Shown here one piece after another: positions 17,090 to 26,290 of a DNA stretch of 64,000 bases. Where the stretch lies: positions 1-64,000 of the IMG/VR virus record IMGVR_UViG_3300028833_000092; one strand, given 5' to 3'. The stretch comes from a virus (lineage: Duplodnaviria; Caudoviricetes). The translations under genes and the position numbers were made by a program. The number at the start of each line of letters is the position of its first letter. Within the stretch, counting starts at the first letter, position 1. The notes under the pieces were generated by a model that was given only the letters and a program-made list of their open reading frames with translations, did no database searches and had not been told where the DNA came from.

Positions 17090-18189
17090 TGGAAAGAGAA
17101 ATTGAACCTGAACTTCAGGAACTTTATGATAGTGATAAAAAAGTCTATAGTATATCTCGTTTAAATACCTTAAATCAATGTGAATATCAAGCATTTCTTA
17201 AATATATAGAAGAAATAGAAGGTAATAATATTGGAATATATGGAATTCTTGGTGGGAAAACTCACGATACTATAGAAGCATGTATAAAAGGTGAAGCCAA
17301 TTCTGATGATCTTAAACAAATTATTCATCAAGAAATATCTGATTTGGAGATGTGTGGTATTGAATTTCCAGTTGATAGAAACGGTAATTCTACCATAAGA
17401 AACAATTGGATTTCTAATATGACTAGATTTTCTGAAGAATTCACTACTCCTAAAGGAGTATTCGATACAGAAAAATTGCTTATTTATCCTATAGATGAAA
17501 AACATTATATGATAGGATATGCCGATGCTATCAGACATAATTCAAAAAATAAAAATAAAGTTTGGTTAATAGATTGGAAAACTTCTTCACAATTTACTGG
17601 AGATCATCTTATTGAAGCCGGAAGACAGTTAGTTATTTACAAATTGGCTTTAGAAAAATTGGGATATGAAGTAGAAAGATGTAGTTGGTGCATGGTTAAA
17701 TACTGTATAACTACATATGAACAATATGTTAAGAAATCAAAAGAATATGTTAAGAAAGAAAAAATATCTGAATGGCGTAATCTTATTAAAGATTTAAAAA
17801 ATGTAATTGAGAAATTTTTAAAAGAAGAGGGATATGATGATGTAGATATTGAATGTTATATTCATGATTGTTTAAAAGTTAATTCATTCGATCCACTTCC
17901 AGATGTAATTAAAAATAAATTCAATACAAAAATATATGTGAGAGATTATGAAATTACAGATGACATAATTGATGAAACTATTAATTATATTAAATCATCA
18001 ATAGATAAATTCGAAGAATATGGCGATGAAGAATTGAATTATAAGCCATGTGATTGTAATAAAAATTCTTTCTTTTGTAATGCTTTATGTGATTATGGTG
18101 GAAAGTCTGGACAGTGTAAATATTGGGTAGATTTTTGTAATACATTTGAAAAAAAATCAGATAAAGATGAAGATGAAGACTTATTTTAA
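17089..18189 (+). CDS. PD-(D/E)XK nuclease (AddB/Cas4-like)
   Basis: SISRLN..C, G..TH, E..GYAD..LIDWKTS, QL.IY, C-terminal C..LC..C. Confidence 0.85.
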   Translation: MEREIEPELQELYDSDKKVYSISRLNTLNQCEYQAFLKYIEEIEGNNIGIYGILGGKTHDTIEACIKGEANSDDLKQIIHQEISDLEMCGIEFPVDRNGNSTIRNNWISNMTRFSEEFTTPKGVFDTEKLLIYPIDEKHYMIGYADAIRHNSKNKNKVWLIDWKTSSQFTGDHLIEAGRQLVIYKLALEKLGYEVERCSWCMVKYCITTYEQYVKKSKEYVKKEKISEWRNLIKDLKNVIEKFLKEEGYDDVDIECYIHDCLKVNSFDPLPDVIKNKFNTKIYVRDYEITDDIIDETINYIKSSIDKFEEYGDEELNYKPCDCNKNSFFCNALCDYGGKSGQCKYWVDFCNTFEKKSDKDEDEDLF

Positions 18190-18202
18190 TTAGGAGATTG
18201 AC

Positions 18203-18499
18203 ATGCAGAAGTTTCCAGAAGGTTGGAGTGATTTAACAAAAATTAATTATTTGCAAAGAAAAATTATTCTTTTATCTATTTGTTATTATGAATTAAATAA
18301 AAGTAAAGTATCAGATAAAGAATATGATGAATTATCTAAACAACTTGTCGAAATGCAATCAAAATGTAAATGCATTGAAGATAGTCAATATTATTATATA
18401 TTTTATGATTTCGATGGTTCTACTGGATTTGATTTAAGAGATAGGTTAAATGAATCAGATAAACAATATTTGACTCATCTTGCAATGCTTATGAGGTAG
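18203..18499 (+). CDS. stand-alone NAD-ligase domain Ia-like protein
   Basis: YYE....VSDKEYDEL resembles the LigA N-terminal YY..SDxEYD motif. Confidence 0.65.
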   Translation: MQKFPEGWSDLTKINYLQRKIILLSICYYELNKSKVSDKEYDELSKQLVEMQSKCKCIEDSQYYYIFYDFDGSTGFDLRDRLNESDKQYLTHLAMLMR

Positions 18500-18506
18500 A
18501 AAAAAT

Positions 18507-18689
18507 ATGGACGAAAGAAAATATTTGAGTGAAGCATATAAAAGATATGTAGATCAAGTTAAAAAAATTAATGAAATAGGCAAAAAAACAGATAAAAAAA
18601 TACATGTTCCTTTTGTCAATACTCTTTCGTTGGAAGAAATTATAGTAAATTGGGATAATAAAGTTGAAGATAGTGAAATTTTTGATTGA
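18507..18689 (+). CDS. hypothetical protein
   Basis: GAGGT RBS. Confidence 0.6.
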   Translation: MDERKYLSEAYKRYVDQVKKINEIGKKTDKKIHVPFVNTLSLEEIIVNWDNKVEDSEIFD

Positions 18690-18714
18690 CAATATATAAT
18701 TTATAAGTTACATT
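18686..18714 (+). promoter_or_regulatory. sigma-A promoter of dnaE
   Basis: TTGACA-N17-TACATT. Confidence 0.6.
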
Positions 18715-18733
18715 ATTTTTGGAGGTGGAAATC

Positions 18734-21700
18734 GTGCAAAATTATCATAGACATACATGTTATTCAAATATATTTACTCCAGATAGTGCGACTAAAAATG
18801 AAGAATATGCTAAACGAGCTGTAGAATTAGGACATAAAATAATAAGTTCTGTAGAACATGGGTTTCAAGGTTATTACTTTGAAACCTTTGAATTGGCTAA
18901 AAAGTATAATTTAAAATGTGTGATAGGAGCAGAAGCATACTGGGTTAAAGATCGACAGAAAGAATATTCTACTCATACTACAAATAAAAATGGGGAAGAG
19001 ATTTTTCAGAAAGATAAGTCGAATCATCATATTATAATTTTAGCCAAAAATAATAATGGTAGAGAAGCATTAAATGATATACTCTCTGAAGCCAGTATTA
19101 CAGGATATTATTATAAACCTAGAGTAGATTTAGATTTATTATTATCTCTACCTCCAGAAGATGTCTTTATTACTTCAGCTTGTATTGCTTTTTCTGGATA
19201 TGATGATATTGATGATATTATTTTGAAATTACATAATCATTTTAAAAATAATTTCATGCTTGAAATACAATATCATAATACGGATAAACAAAAAGAATGG
19301 AATAGACATCTTTGGGAATTGTCAAAAAAATATAATATAGAACTTATAGTTGGACTTGATTCACATTATATTTATGAAAATGAAGCCGAATTAAGAGATA
19401 TTGTTCTTGATGCTAAAGAAATTCATTACGAAGATGAAGAAGGATGGTATATGGATTATCCTGATGATGAGACAGTAATGAAAAGATTTCTTGAGCAAGG
19501 AATATTTGATGAAGATACAATCCGTAAAGCAATGAATAATACAGATATTTGTCTTACATTTGATGATTATGATGATGTTCCTATATTTAACAAGGAAATA
19601 AAACTTCCGACTCTATATCCCGGAAAATCCAAAGAAGAAAAAGATAAAATTTATAGTAAACTTATAAGTCGAAAATTTAAAGAATATATGAAAAACATTC
19701 CTTCAGAAGAATATGATAAATATTTTGAAGGAATAAAGATGGAAGTACAAACATATAAGGATACTGGAATGTCTGACTATCCACTTATTGACTATGCTAT
19801 TGTTAATGACGCAATTGAACATGGTGGACTAATAACTGATACAGGAAGAGGTTCTGCCGTAGGATATATGACAAATACTCTTTGTGGATTTTCTAAAGTT
19901 GACAGATTTAAATCTGCAATTAAATTATATCCAGAACGTTTTATATCAACCACACGTATTCTTGAAACACACAGCTTGCCAGATATTGATCTTAATGTCG
20001 GCACAGTAGATATATTCGAAGAATCTCAAAAAAGAGTATTGGGTGATGATCACGCAGTTCCTATGATTGCTTTTGGAACATTAAAGAAAAAATCTGCTTT
20101 TAAGTTATATGCCAAGGCTAAAGGAATGGATTTTTCATTGGCCAATACTATTTCTGAACAGATTAGCAAATATGATGAAGCCATCAAAAATGCGGATGAT
20201 GATGAAAGAGATACAATCGATATTTATGATTATATAGATGAAAAATATAAAGACTATATTGATCAATCACAAGAATATTGGGGAATTATATCTGATAAGA
20301 AAAAAGCACCATCTGCATATCTTCTTTATCAAGGAAGTATAAGACGAGAAATTGGTCTTATAAAATGCAAAAGTGAATCTACGAAGAAAGAATATATTAC
20401 TTGCGTAATTGATGGTGCTATTGCAGAGAATTATAAATTTTTAAAGAATGATATTCTTAAAGTCGATGTTGTTTTGCTTATCGATAAAGTATTTAAACGT
20501 ATTGGTATAAAACATTTTGATGTAAATACTTTAATTGATAAGATTAAAGACGATAAAGAGTTCTGGAACTTATATGCTAATGGTTATACTATTGGTGTAA
20601 ATCAAGTAGAACAAGATGGCAGTAGACATAAGTGCATGAATTATAAGCCTCAAAATATATCTGAATTAAGTGCTTTTATTGCTGCGATCAGACCGGGATT
20701 CAAGTCTATGTATGATCGATTTGAAAAAAGAGAAGATTTTAAATGGGGAATTCCAAGTTTAGATAATCTTTTAAGAACAGAAGAACTTCCAGTATCTTTT
20801 CTTTTCTTTCAAGAACAAGTAATGAGTGTTCTTAACTATGCTGGATTTCCTATGGATGAATGTTATGGAATAATTAAGGCTATTGCTAAAAAACATCCAG
20901 AAAAAGTTCGTCCTTTAAAACAAAGATTCATTGATGGTTTTAGAAATAGGTTAATCAAAGATGAACAATTATCTGAAGAAGAAGCCCAAAAAAACGCAGA
21001 AGATGTTTGGGTAATTATTAATGATAACTGTAAGTATGGGTTCAACAGCGCGCATGCGTTCTGTATGGCACTTGATTCAAGTTATCAAGCATGGTTAAAA
21101 GTTCATTATCCTTATGAATTTTATGAAGTATTATTGCAGCATTATTCAGATAAAGGCAATAAGAAAAAAGTGTCTTTATTAAAACAAGAAATGAAAAAAG
21201 CCTTTGGAATATCTGAAGGACATTATAGATTCCGTGTCGATAACCGTAGTTTTGTTGCAGATAAAGATAACAAACGTATAAATCCGGCATTATCTTCAAT
21301 AAAAGGTTTATCATATAGTTTGTCACAAAAATTGTACGATATTCGTGACGAAAAATTTAATTCATTTGTTGATTTATTGAAAAGATTAAAAGAAATAAAA
21401 GTATCATCAGATCAACTTGATATTTTAATAAAAATAGGATATTTTGAAGAATTTGGCAATATTAATTTTTTGTTGACAATCGTCAAGTATTTTAATTTAT
21501 TATATGACCGTAAACAAATTGATTATAATTTTATTGAAAAAAACAATATTCCTTTATGGATAATTCAATCTTGTGCTAAAACACAAACTGAAAAAATGTT
21601 TAAAAACTTTGATTCGATTGAACTTATTGATAAAATTATATATGAATTAGGTGAGATTAAAACATCTATTGTCGAAAAAATGAAATATCAAAATGATTTA

Positions 21701-21985
21701 TTGGGATATGTTGATCTTGTATTGCCTAAAACCAGTAAAGAATATTATTATGTTAGTGCAATAAATGGCAGTATGATTACATTATATCAATTGTGTAGTG
21801 GTGATACATTAAAAATTAAAATAAGGTCAAATACTATGAAAAATTCTCCATTTTTTGAGAATGACATAATCAAAGTTCTTGAGATAAATCAAGAAAAGAA
21901 ATTTGTTAAAAATCCAGATGGAACTTGGGGAAGAAAAGATGAATTAGAAAATATATTAAGTAAATATCTTGTTTTAAAAAAATAA
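18734..21985 (+). CDS. dnaE: DNA polymerase III alpha subunit
   Basis: PHP domain (HRHT, EHG, DSHY), GRGSA, PDIDL, FQEQ, GFNSAHA; GTG 18734 after GGAGGT. Confidence 0.95.
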   Translation: MQNYHRHTCYSNIFTPDSATKNEEYAKRAVELGHKIISSVEHGFQGYYFETFELAKKYNLKCVIGAEAYWVKDRQKEYSTHTTNKNGEEIFQKDKSNHHIIILAKNNNGREALNDILSEASITGYYYKPRVDLDLLLSLPPEDVFITSACIAFSGYDDIDDIILKLHNHFKNNFMLEIQYHNTDKQKEWNRHLWELSKKYNIELIVGLDSHYIYENEAELRDIVLDAKEIHYEDEEGWYMDYPDDETVMKRFLEQGIFDEDTIRKAMNNTDICLTFDDYDDVPIFNKEIKLPTLYPGKSKEEKDKIYSKLISRKFKEYMKNIPSEEYDKYFEGIKMEVQTYKDTGMSDYPLIDYAIVNDAIEHGGLITDTGRGSAVGYMTNTLCGFSKVDRFKSAIKLYPERFISTTRILETHSLPDIDLNVGTVDIFEESQKRVLGDDHAVPMIAFGTLKKKSAFKLYAKAKGMDFSLANTISEQISKYDEAIKNADDDERDTIDIYDYIDEKYKDYIDQSQEYWGIISDKKKAPSAYLLYQGSIRREIGLIKCKSESTKKEYITCVIDGAIAENYKFLKNDILKVDVVLLIDKVFKRIGIKHFDVNTLIDKIKDDKEFWNLYANGYTIGVNQVEQDGSRHKCMNYKPQNISELSAFIAAIRPGFKSMYDRFEKREDFKWGIPSLDNLLRTEELPVSFLFFQEQVMSVLNYAGFPMDECYGIIKAIAKKHPEKVRPLKQRFIDGFRNRLIKDEQLSEEEAQKNAEDVWVIINDNCKYGFNSAHAFCMALDSSYQAWLKVHYPYEFYEVLLQHYSDKGNKKKVSLLKQEMKKAFGISEGHYRFRVDNRSFVADKDNKRINPALSSIKGLSYSLSQKLYDIRDEKFNSFVDLLKRLKEIKVSSDQLDILIKIGYFEEFGNINFLLTIVKYFNLLYDRKQIDYNFIEKNNIPLWIIQSCAKTQTEKMFKNFDSIELIDKIIYELGEIKTSIVEKMKYQNDLLGYVDLVLPKTSKEYYYVSAINGSMITLYQLCSGDTLKIKIRSNTMKNSPFFENDIIKVLEINQEKKFVKNPDGTWGRKDELENILSKYLVLKK

Positions 21986-21995
21986 TAAAAAAGTA

Positions 21996-22024
21996 TTGAC
22001 ACAAAAATATTTTAATGTTATTCT
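21996..22024 (+). promoter_or_regulatory. sigma-A promoter
   Basis: TTGACA-N17-TATTCT with TG. Confidence 0.7.
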
Positions 22025-22046
22025 ATAGAAAAGGGAGGAAATCTAT

Positions 22047-22646
22047 ATGGCTAAATACGTTTCAAAGGTATCTGGCAAATGTTGTCTTGAAGATACTATC
22101 GAAATGTGGACAAAATTTGAAGATGAAAAAATCAAAGATTTTCTAAATCGAACAAAATTTTATTTAAACATAAAAGTTTATGGTTCTACAATTTGCCCAG
22201 ACAATGAAATAAAGATTACGAATTACAAAGAATTAGTACCATATCTTCCAAGATGCGAAAGTTTTATGTCAATGAGTAAATCGGATAAAAATATAATTAT
22301 ATTAAGTGGAAGACCTCATTGGGCATTTGAAGAAACTGAATTAAAAGAACAAATTTTTAAAGATATTCTTCGTGTTTATAATAAATGCAAACGTAAGAAA
22401 ATAGAGTTTACTAAAGAATATCTCGAAAAAGAGTCATATTATTTTGGTCATGATTATTATAAAGATATTTGCGATCCAATATATGAACGTTTTGTAAAAC
22501 TCGGCAAAAAAGCAACTTTAGCCGATATTCACTCAAATAACAAAAATCTTTTATACAGAGAACCATTTATGAAAGAAATGCTTGCCGTAGGTTATACACA
22601 AGATCAAGCATATAATTGGGTATATAATGAAATTAAAACATGGTAA
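22047..22646 (+). CDS. hypothetical phage protein
   Basis: GGGAGG RBS, 199 aa. Confidence 0.75.
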   Translation: MAKYVSKVSGKCCLEDTIEMWTKFEDEKIKDFLNRTKFYLNIKVYGSTICPDNEIKITNYKELVPYLPRCESFMSMSKSDKNIIILSGRPHWAFEETELKEQIFKDILRVYNKCKRKKIEFTKEYLEKESYYFGHDYYKDICDPIYERFVKLGKKATLADIHSNNKNLLYREPFMKEMLAVGYTQDQAYNWVYNEIKTW

Positions 22647-22660
22647 AGGAGTAAAATGAT

Positions 22661-22921
22661 ATGAAGTACATTACTGATGATGGAAAAACTTTTGCAACTG
22701 TAGAAGAAGCTGCAAATCACGAAGCTGAACTTGCAAAAGTTGAAAAAGAAAAAAAGCAGAAAGAAATTGAAAAAGAAAACTTGTCTAAAAAAATTGAAGA
22801 AGCATTTACTGCTTATGAGAAGTTGCTTGATGAATATTTAGAAAAGTATGGCGAATATTCAGTTGACAGAGCATATAAAAATGGAATAACTTTAATGGAT
22901 ATGATTAATAGAATATTTTAA
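22661..22921 (+). CDS. hypothetical coiled-coil phage protein
   Basis: TDDGKTF..EEA..HE motif; AAGGAG RBS. Confidence 0.75.
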   Translation: MKYITDDGKTFATVEEAANHEAELAKVEKEKKQKEIEKENLSKKIEEAFTAYEKLLDEYLEKYGEYSVDRAYKNGITLMDMINRIF

Positions 22922-22960
22922 TTCAATATAGACTTTTGATATTCAATATCAAGAGTTTGT

Positions 22961-23044
22961 GCACTCATGGTGGAATAGGCAGACACGAAGGACTTAAAAT
23001 CCTTTCCATATAAATGGGTGAGGGTTCGATTCCCTCTGAGTGCA
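22961..23044 (+). tRNA. tRNA-Leu(TAA)
   Basis: GCACTCA/TGAGTGC, AAGGA-CTTAAAA-TCCTT, long variable arm. Confidence 0.95.
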
Positions 23045-23046
23045 TT

Positions 23047-23118
23047 GTGGCTTTCGTATAAAGGCTAATACATCGGGTTGTGGTCTCGAAAATGTGGGTT
23101 CAATTCCCACAGGTCACC
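23047..23118 (+). tRNA. tRNA-His(GTG)
   Basis: GTGGCTT/AGGTCAC, TCGGG-TTGTGGT-CTCGA, C73. Confidence 0.88.
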
Positions 23119-23123
23119 TGAAT

Positions 23124-23211
23124 ACTTCGGTAGCAAAAAAGGTAATGCACATTTTAGTACTGAAATGGTTGGCTTGAAAACCATGTAGAGTTCAAATCTC
23201 TACCCGAAGTA
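23124..23211 (+). ncRNA. tRNA-like RNA with closed anticodon arm and 6-bp T-stem
   Basis: ACTTCGG/CCGAAGT, D-arm GCA..GGTAA-TGC, CATTTTA-GTAC-TGAAATG, GGTT/AACC, GTAGAG-TTCAAAT-CTCTAC. Confidence 0.7.
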
Positions 23212-23360
23212 GCGAAGTAGTTGACAGTCACTCAAATAAATGAATCTAAACGAATTACAAAAGTACAATGTTAGCGTGGTTCATAACTGTCCCCTATATA
23301 TGGAATGGAGAAATTCGGCATGTACGACATTGAGCATTTCGGCAGATTATATAGGGTTCC

Positions 23361-23431
23361 GGCTCCGTAGTCGAGTGGTAAGACATCGCCCTTTCACGGC
23401 GGTAACACGGGTTCGAATCCCGTCGGAGTCA
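23361..23431 (+). tRNA. tRNA-Glu(TTC)
   Basis: GGCTCCG/CGGAGTC, TCGCC-CTTTCAC-GGCGG. Confidence 0.95.
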
Positions 23432-23440
23432 CTTTTATTT

Positions 23441-23512
23441 TGGGCTATCGCCAAGCGGTAAGGCACAGGACTTTGACTCCTGCATTCGTTGGTTCGAATC
23501 CAACTAGCCCAG
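23441..23512 (+). tRNA. tRNA-Gln(TTG)
   Basis: TGGGCTA/TAGCCCA, CAGGA-CTTTGAC-TCCTG. Confidence 0.95.
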
Positions 23513-23539
23513 TTATCATTATTAATAAAGAGGTAGAAT

Positions 23540-23797
23540 ATGTTTGCAATTTATGTAAAAAATAAAAATAAATATTTTTGTAAAGAAAATAAGCCTATTG
23601 CTTTTGAATTATTTGAAGACGCTTATAATTTCGCAAATGGTTTTGCTAATTACGCTATTAATATTGCATTATCTGTTGTTTTTCAAGAAGGATTCGGTCT
23701 TTTAGAAGATGTTCAATCAACATTAAAAGAAATTGAAATTCAAGATTTTGATGATAAAAAAGATTTTTATCCTTTCGAAAAAATAAAAAATAGATAA
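23540..23797 (+). CDS. hypothetical protein
   Basis: GAGGT RBS, lies within tRNA cluster. Confidence 0.7.
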   Translation: MFAIYVKNKNKYFCKENKPIAFELFEDAYNFANGFANYAINIALSVVFQEGFGLLEDVQSTLKEIEIQDFDDKKDFYPFEKIKNR

Positions 23798-23803
23798 TAA
23801 TCA

Positions 23804-23876
23804 GCTCGCATAACTCAGTTGGTAGAGTAACAGACTTTTAATCTGTAAGTCGAGAGTTCAAGCCTCTCTGCGGGCA
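23804..23876 (+). tRNA. tRNA-Lys(TTT)
   Basis: GCTCGCA/TGCGGGC, ACAGA-CTTTTAA-TCTGT. Confidence 0.95.
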
Positions 23877-23890
23877 TCATAAAAAAGGTA

Positions 23891-23919
23891 TTGACTTTTT
23901 TTACATTTAATAGTATTGT
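23891..23919 (+). promoter_or_regulatory. sigma-A promoter upstream of tRNA-Pro
   Basis: TTGACT-N17-TATTGT. Confidence 0.55.
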
Positions 23920-23947
23920 TAATTTACCACTTAAATAGTTATTGTTT

Positions 23948-24021
23948 CGGAATATGGTGCAACTTGGTAGCATGCGTGATTTGGGATCACGAGGTTGTCG
24001 GTTCAAATCCGGCTATTCCGA
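23948..24021 (+). tRNA. tRNA-Pro(TGG)
   Basis: CGGAATA/TATTCCG, CGTGA-TTTGGGA-TCACG. Confidence 0.95.
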
Positions 24022-24165
24022 TGGATGGGACTTAACTAGTTCTTTCTTGGACATGTTTACTTACATTCTTTAAACGCACAACTTCTGGTGGAAATGTAAG
24101 TGTAGTTCTTAGGAGTGAAAAGTGTGGGGAACGACCTTCTTTCTAAAAAAATGAAAGGAAAAAAT

Positions 24166-24780
24166 ATGAAAAATACATATGATAATGAAAAAATTAACGT
24201 GTCAAATTTAAATCGGTATTTAAATGACACATATGGAAATTGTAAAATTGTTTCTAAAAAAATAATTTATAACGTTCCTTGTTTATTACAAAGTAATTAT
24301 GGAAAATCAAATGATTGTACTTTGACTTGTATTACCACTTGTATAGCATTTTTATTAAAGACATTAACTAGAGGTTTTGAATATATTTATTCAAAAGTAG
24401 AAAAATATGCTAATCAATATGGATATAATGAACAAGACGGTACTAATCCTTTAAAAATTAAAAAAATATATGATTTAGCATATGAAGAAATAAGTGGTAA
24501 ATCTAGAAAATCTTATTCTAAATATATTAAAAATATAGCAGTTACAGAAAATATAATTAAAAAAAATATTGATAATAATAATCTAATTATCTTATCTTTT
24601 GCAAATGATGGAAGAAACTATTATAAAAATCATTCCGTTACAATAATTGGTTATTTAGATATTAAATATAAAAACAATACTAAAAATAATTTAATTTTGG
24701 CAATACATGATAATTGGAACGAAGAAGTAACTTATATTGATTTCAAAAAATTATCAACAATTTGTTCAATAAATTATTGA
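24166..24780 (+). CDS. C39-like cysteine peptidase
   Basis: Q..NDC, HSVTIIGY, HDNW papain-like triad; ATG 24166 after AAAGGA. Confidence 0.7.
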   Translation: MKNTYDNEKINVSNLNRYLNDTYGNCKIVSKKIIYNVPCLLQSNYGKSNDCTLTCITTCIAFLLKTLTRGFEYIYSKVEKYANQYGYNEQDGTNPLKIKKIYDLAYEEISGKSRKSYSKYIKNIAVTENIIKKNIDNNNLIILSFANDGRNYYKNHSVTIIGYLDIKYKNNTKNNLILAIHDNWNEEVTYIDFKKLSTICSINY

Positions 24781-24825
24781 TAATTTTCTATATAAACTGC
24801 CTCCTTTTCAGAAAAATATCCACTA

Positions 24826-24860
24826 GCATACTGGATACAAAAATGTATGCTTTTCTTTTT
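24826..24860 (+). terminator. putative intrinsic terminator
   Basis: AGCATAC..GTATGCT followed by TTTCTTTTT. Confidence 0.5.
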
Positions 24861-24887
24861 AAAAAGTAAACTAAAAAGGTGTACAAA

Positions 24888-25529
24888 ATGAAAAAAATAT
24901 TTTTATCTTTAATAATTTCAGGAACTATTTTTTTGACTTTTTTTACAGTAGAAATTAATGCACCAGAACTTGACGCTCAAGAATTAATAATTGATCAAAA
25001 TATAATTGACGAAACTGATAAAGATGATATAATTGAATTATCAGAAGAAGAAATTATGTTTAACGAATATGAATTAAAATCAAAATATATAAATGATATA
25101 GAAAATAAAGAGGAGAAAATAATAGCGTATAAATCACTTATGAAAGAATATAAAGAATATATCGAACCACAGATTCAAATATATGATATATATTCTAATG
25201 AAGAATTGAACGCTATTTTTTCTACTGTAGAAACAGAAGTATTTGAATGTGGTTTTAATGAAAAATGTAATATTGCTTCAGTTATATTTAATAGATTAAA
25301 ATCTGAAAAATGGGGAAATACATTGCAAGAAGTATGTTATTTTCCGAATCAATTTTCTAATTGGAGAACAGATATATCTGAAGATACAATACTTGCTTGC
25401 GAATATGTTTTTCTATTTGGGGATACTGCCCAAGAGTGTTTATACTTTCAATCTTCTGAATATATGGAAACATTTTGTGGAGCTGAATATATTTTTCAAG
25501 ATGAAGCAATTCATTATTTTTATAGGTGA
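24888..25529 (+). CDS. cell wall hydrolase (SleB/Hydrolase_2-like) with signal anchor
   Basis: N-terminal TM; VETE, IASVIFNR, NQFS, LYF, HYFY. Confidence 0.8.
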   Translation: MKKIFLSLIISGTIFLTFFTVEINAPELDAQELIIDQNIIDETDKDDIIELSEEEIMFNEYELKSKYINDIENKEEKIIAYKSLMKEYKEYIEPQIQIYDIYSNEELNAIFSTVETEVFECGFNEKCNIASVIFNRLKSEKWGNTLQEVCYFPNQFSNWRTDISEDTILACEYVFLFGDTAQECLYFQSSEYMETFCGAEYIFQDEAIHYFYR

Positions 25530-25723
25530 TTAACATGTATGACAGTAAATATTTTATAGTCAAAAATGGATCATATGAAGTTTTACAAGAAGATGGTTCA
25601 TTTGATGAATATTTAAAAGACGGTGTATGGTTTAAAACTAGGACTTCGGCAGAAAAATATTTAAAAAATAATATAGATAAATTTTCTTTCGAAGTTAAAG
25701 TAGTTGAGGTCTGGATGAGATGA
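25526..25723 (+). CDS. hypothetical protein
   Basis: Coupled to both neighbours. Confidence 0.6.
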   Translation: MINMYDSKYFIVKNGSYEVLQEDGSFDEYLKDGVWFKTRTSAEKYLKNNIDKFSFEVKVVEVWMR

Positions 25724-26277
25724 TAGCATTAGTAGGAAAAACTGCAACCGGGAAAACTTCGATTTGCGAAGAATTAATCAAATTAGGAAAAAATAAAATA
25801 GTTACAACAACTACAAGACCAATGCGAGAAGGTGAAGTGGAAGGAATTGACTATAATTTTGTTTCAGATGAAAAATTCGAACAGATGCGAAATAATAATG
25901 AGTTTGTAGAGACAACAGAATATAATACAGTTTATGGTTTGTGGAAATATGGCACTCCATTTTCAAGTTTAAGAGATGACGGAGTAATTATTCTTAATCC
26001 AGATGGATTAAAAGCATTTAAAAATTTAGGGATTGATTGTTTTATTTTTTATATAGAAACACCAATATCTATAATTCGAAAAAGATTAGAACAACGAGGT
26101 GATTCTTCTGAAGAATCAGAAAGAAGAATTAAAACAGATAATGAAGATTTTAAAAATATAAATCTTTATTTCGATTATATAATCGAAAACGATGGTTCTA
26201 AATCAATAAAAGATATCGCTCATAAGATTTTGGAAATATCAAAATGTTATGATGAGATTATAAAAACAAAAACATAA
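25720..26277 (+). CDS. gmk: guanylate kinase
   Basis: GKTATGKT, TTTRPMREGEVEGIDYNF, YGT. Confidence 0.92.
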   Translation: MIALVGKTATGKTSICEELIKLGKNKIVTTTTRPMREGEVEGIDYNFVSDEKFEQMRNNNEFVETTEYNTVYGLWKYGTPFSSLRDDGVIILNPDGLKAFKNLGIDCFIFYIETPISIIRKRLEQRGDSSEESERRIKTDNEDFKNINLYFDYIIENDGSKSIKDIAHKILEISKCYDEIIKTKT

Positions 26278-26290
26278 AGGAGGACTTTTA

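Noticed and set aside
22931-22957. Hairpin GACTTTTGATAT-TCA-ATATCAAGAGTT before tRNA-Leu
   Set aside because: AT-rich and weak; most simply an ordinary terminator or processing hairpin
23212-23356. Hairpin or HDV/theta ribozyme (TGACAGTC, AGAAA..GCAGATTA resemble hairpin-ribozyme loops)
   Set aside because: Helices H1-H3 cannot be formed around these motifs and no nested double pseudoknot was found by eye
23240-23461. 73-aa ORF in the track
   Set aside because: Overlaps tRNA-Glu and tRNA-Gln and has no RBS
23815-24006. 63-aa minus-strand ORF
   Set aside because: Antisense to tRNA-Lys and tRNA-Pro
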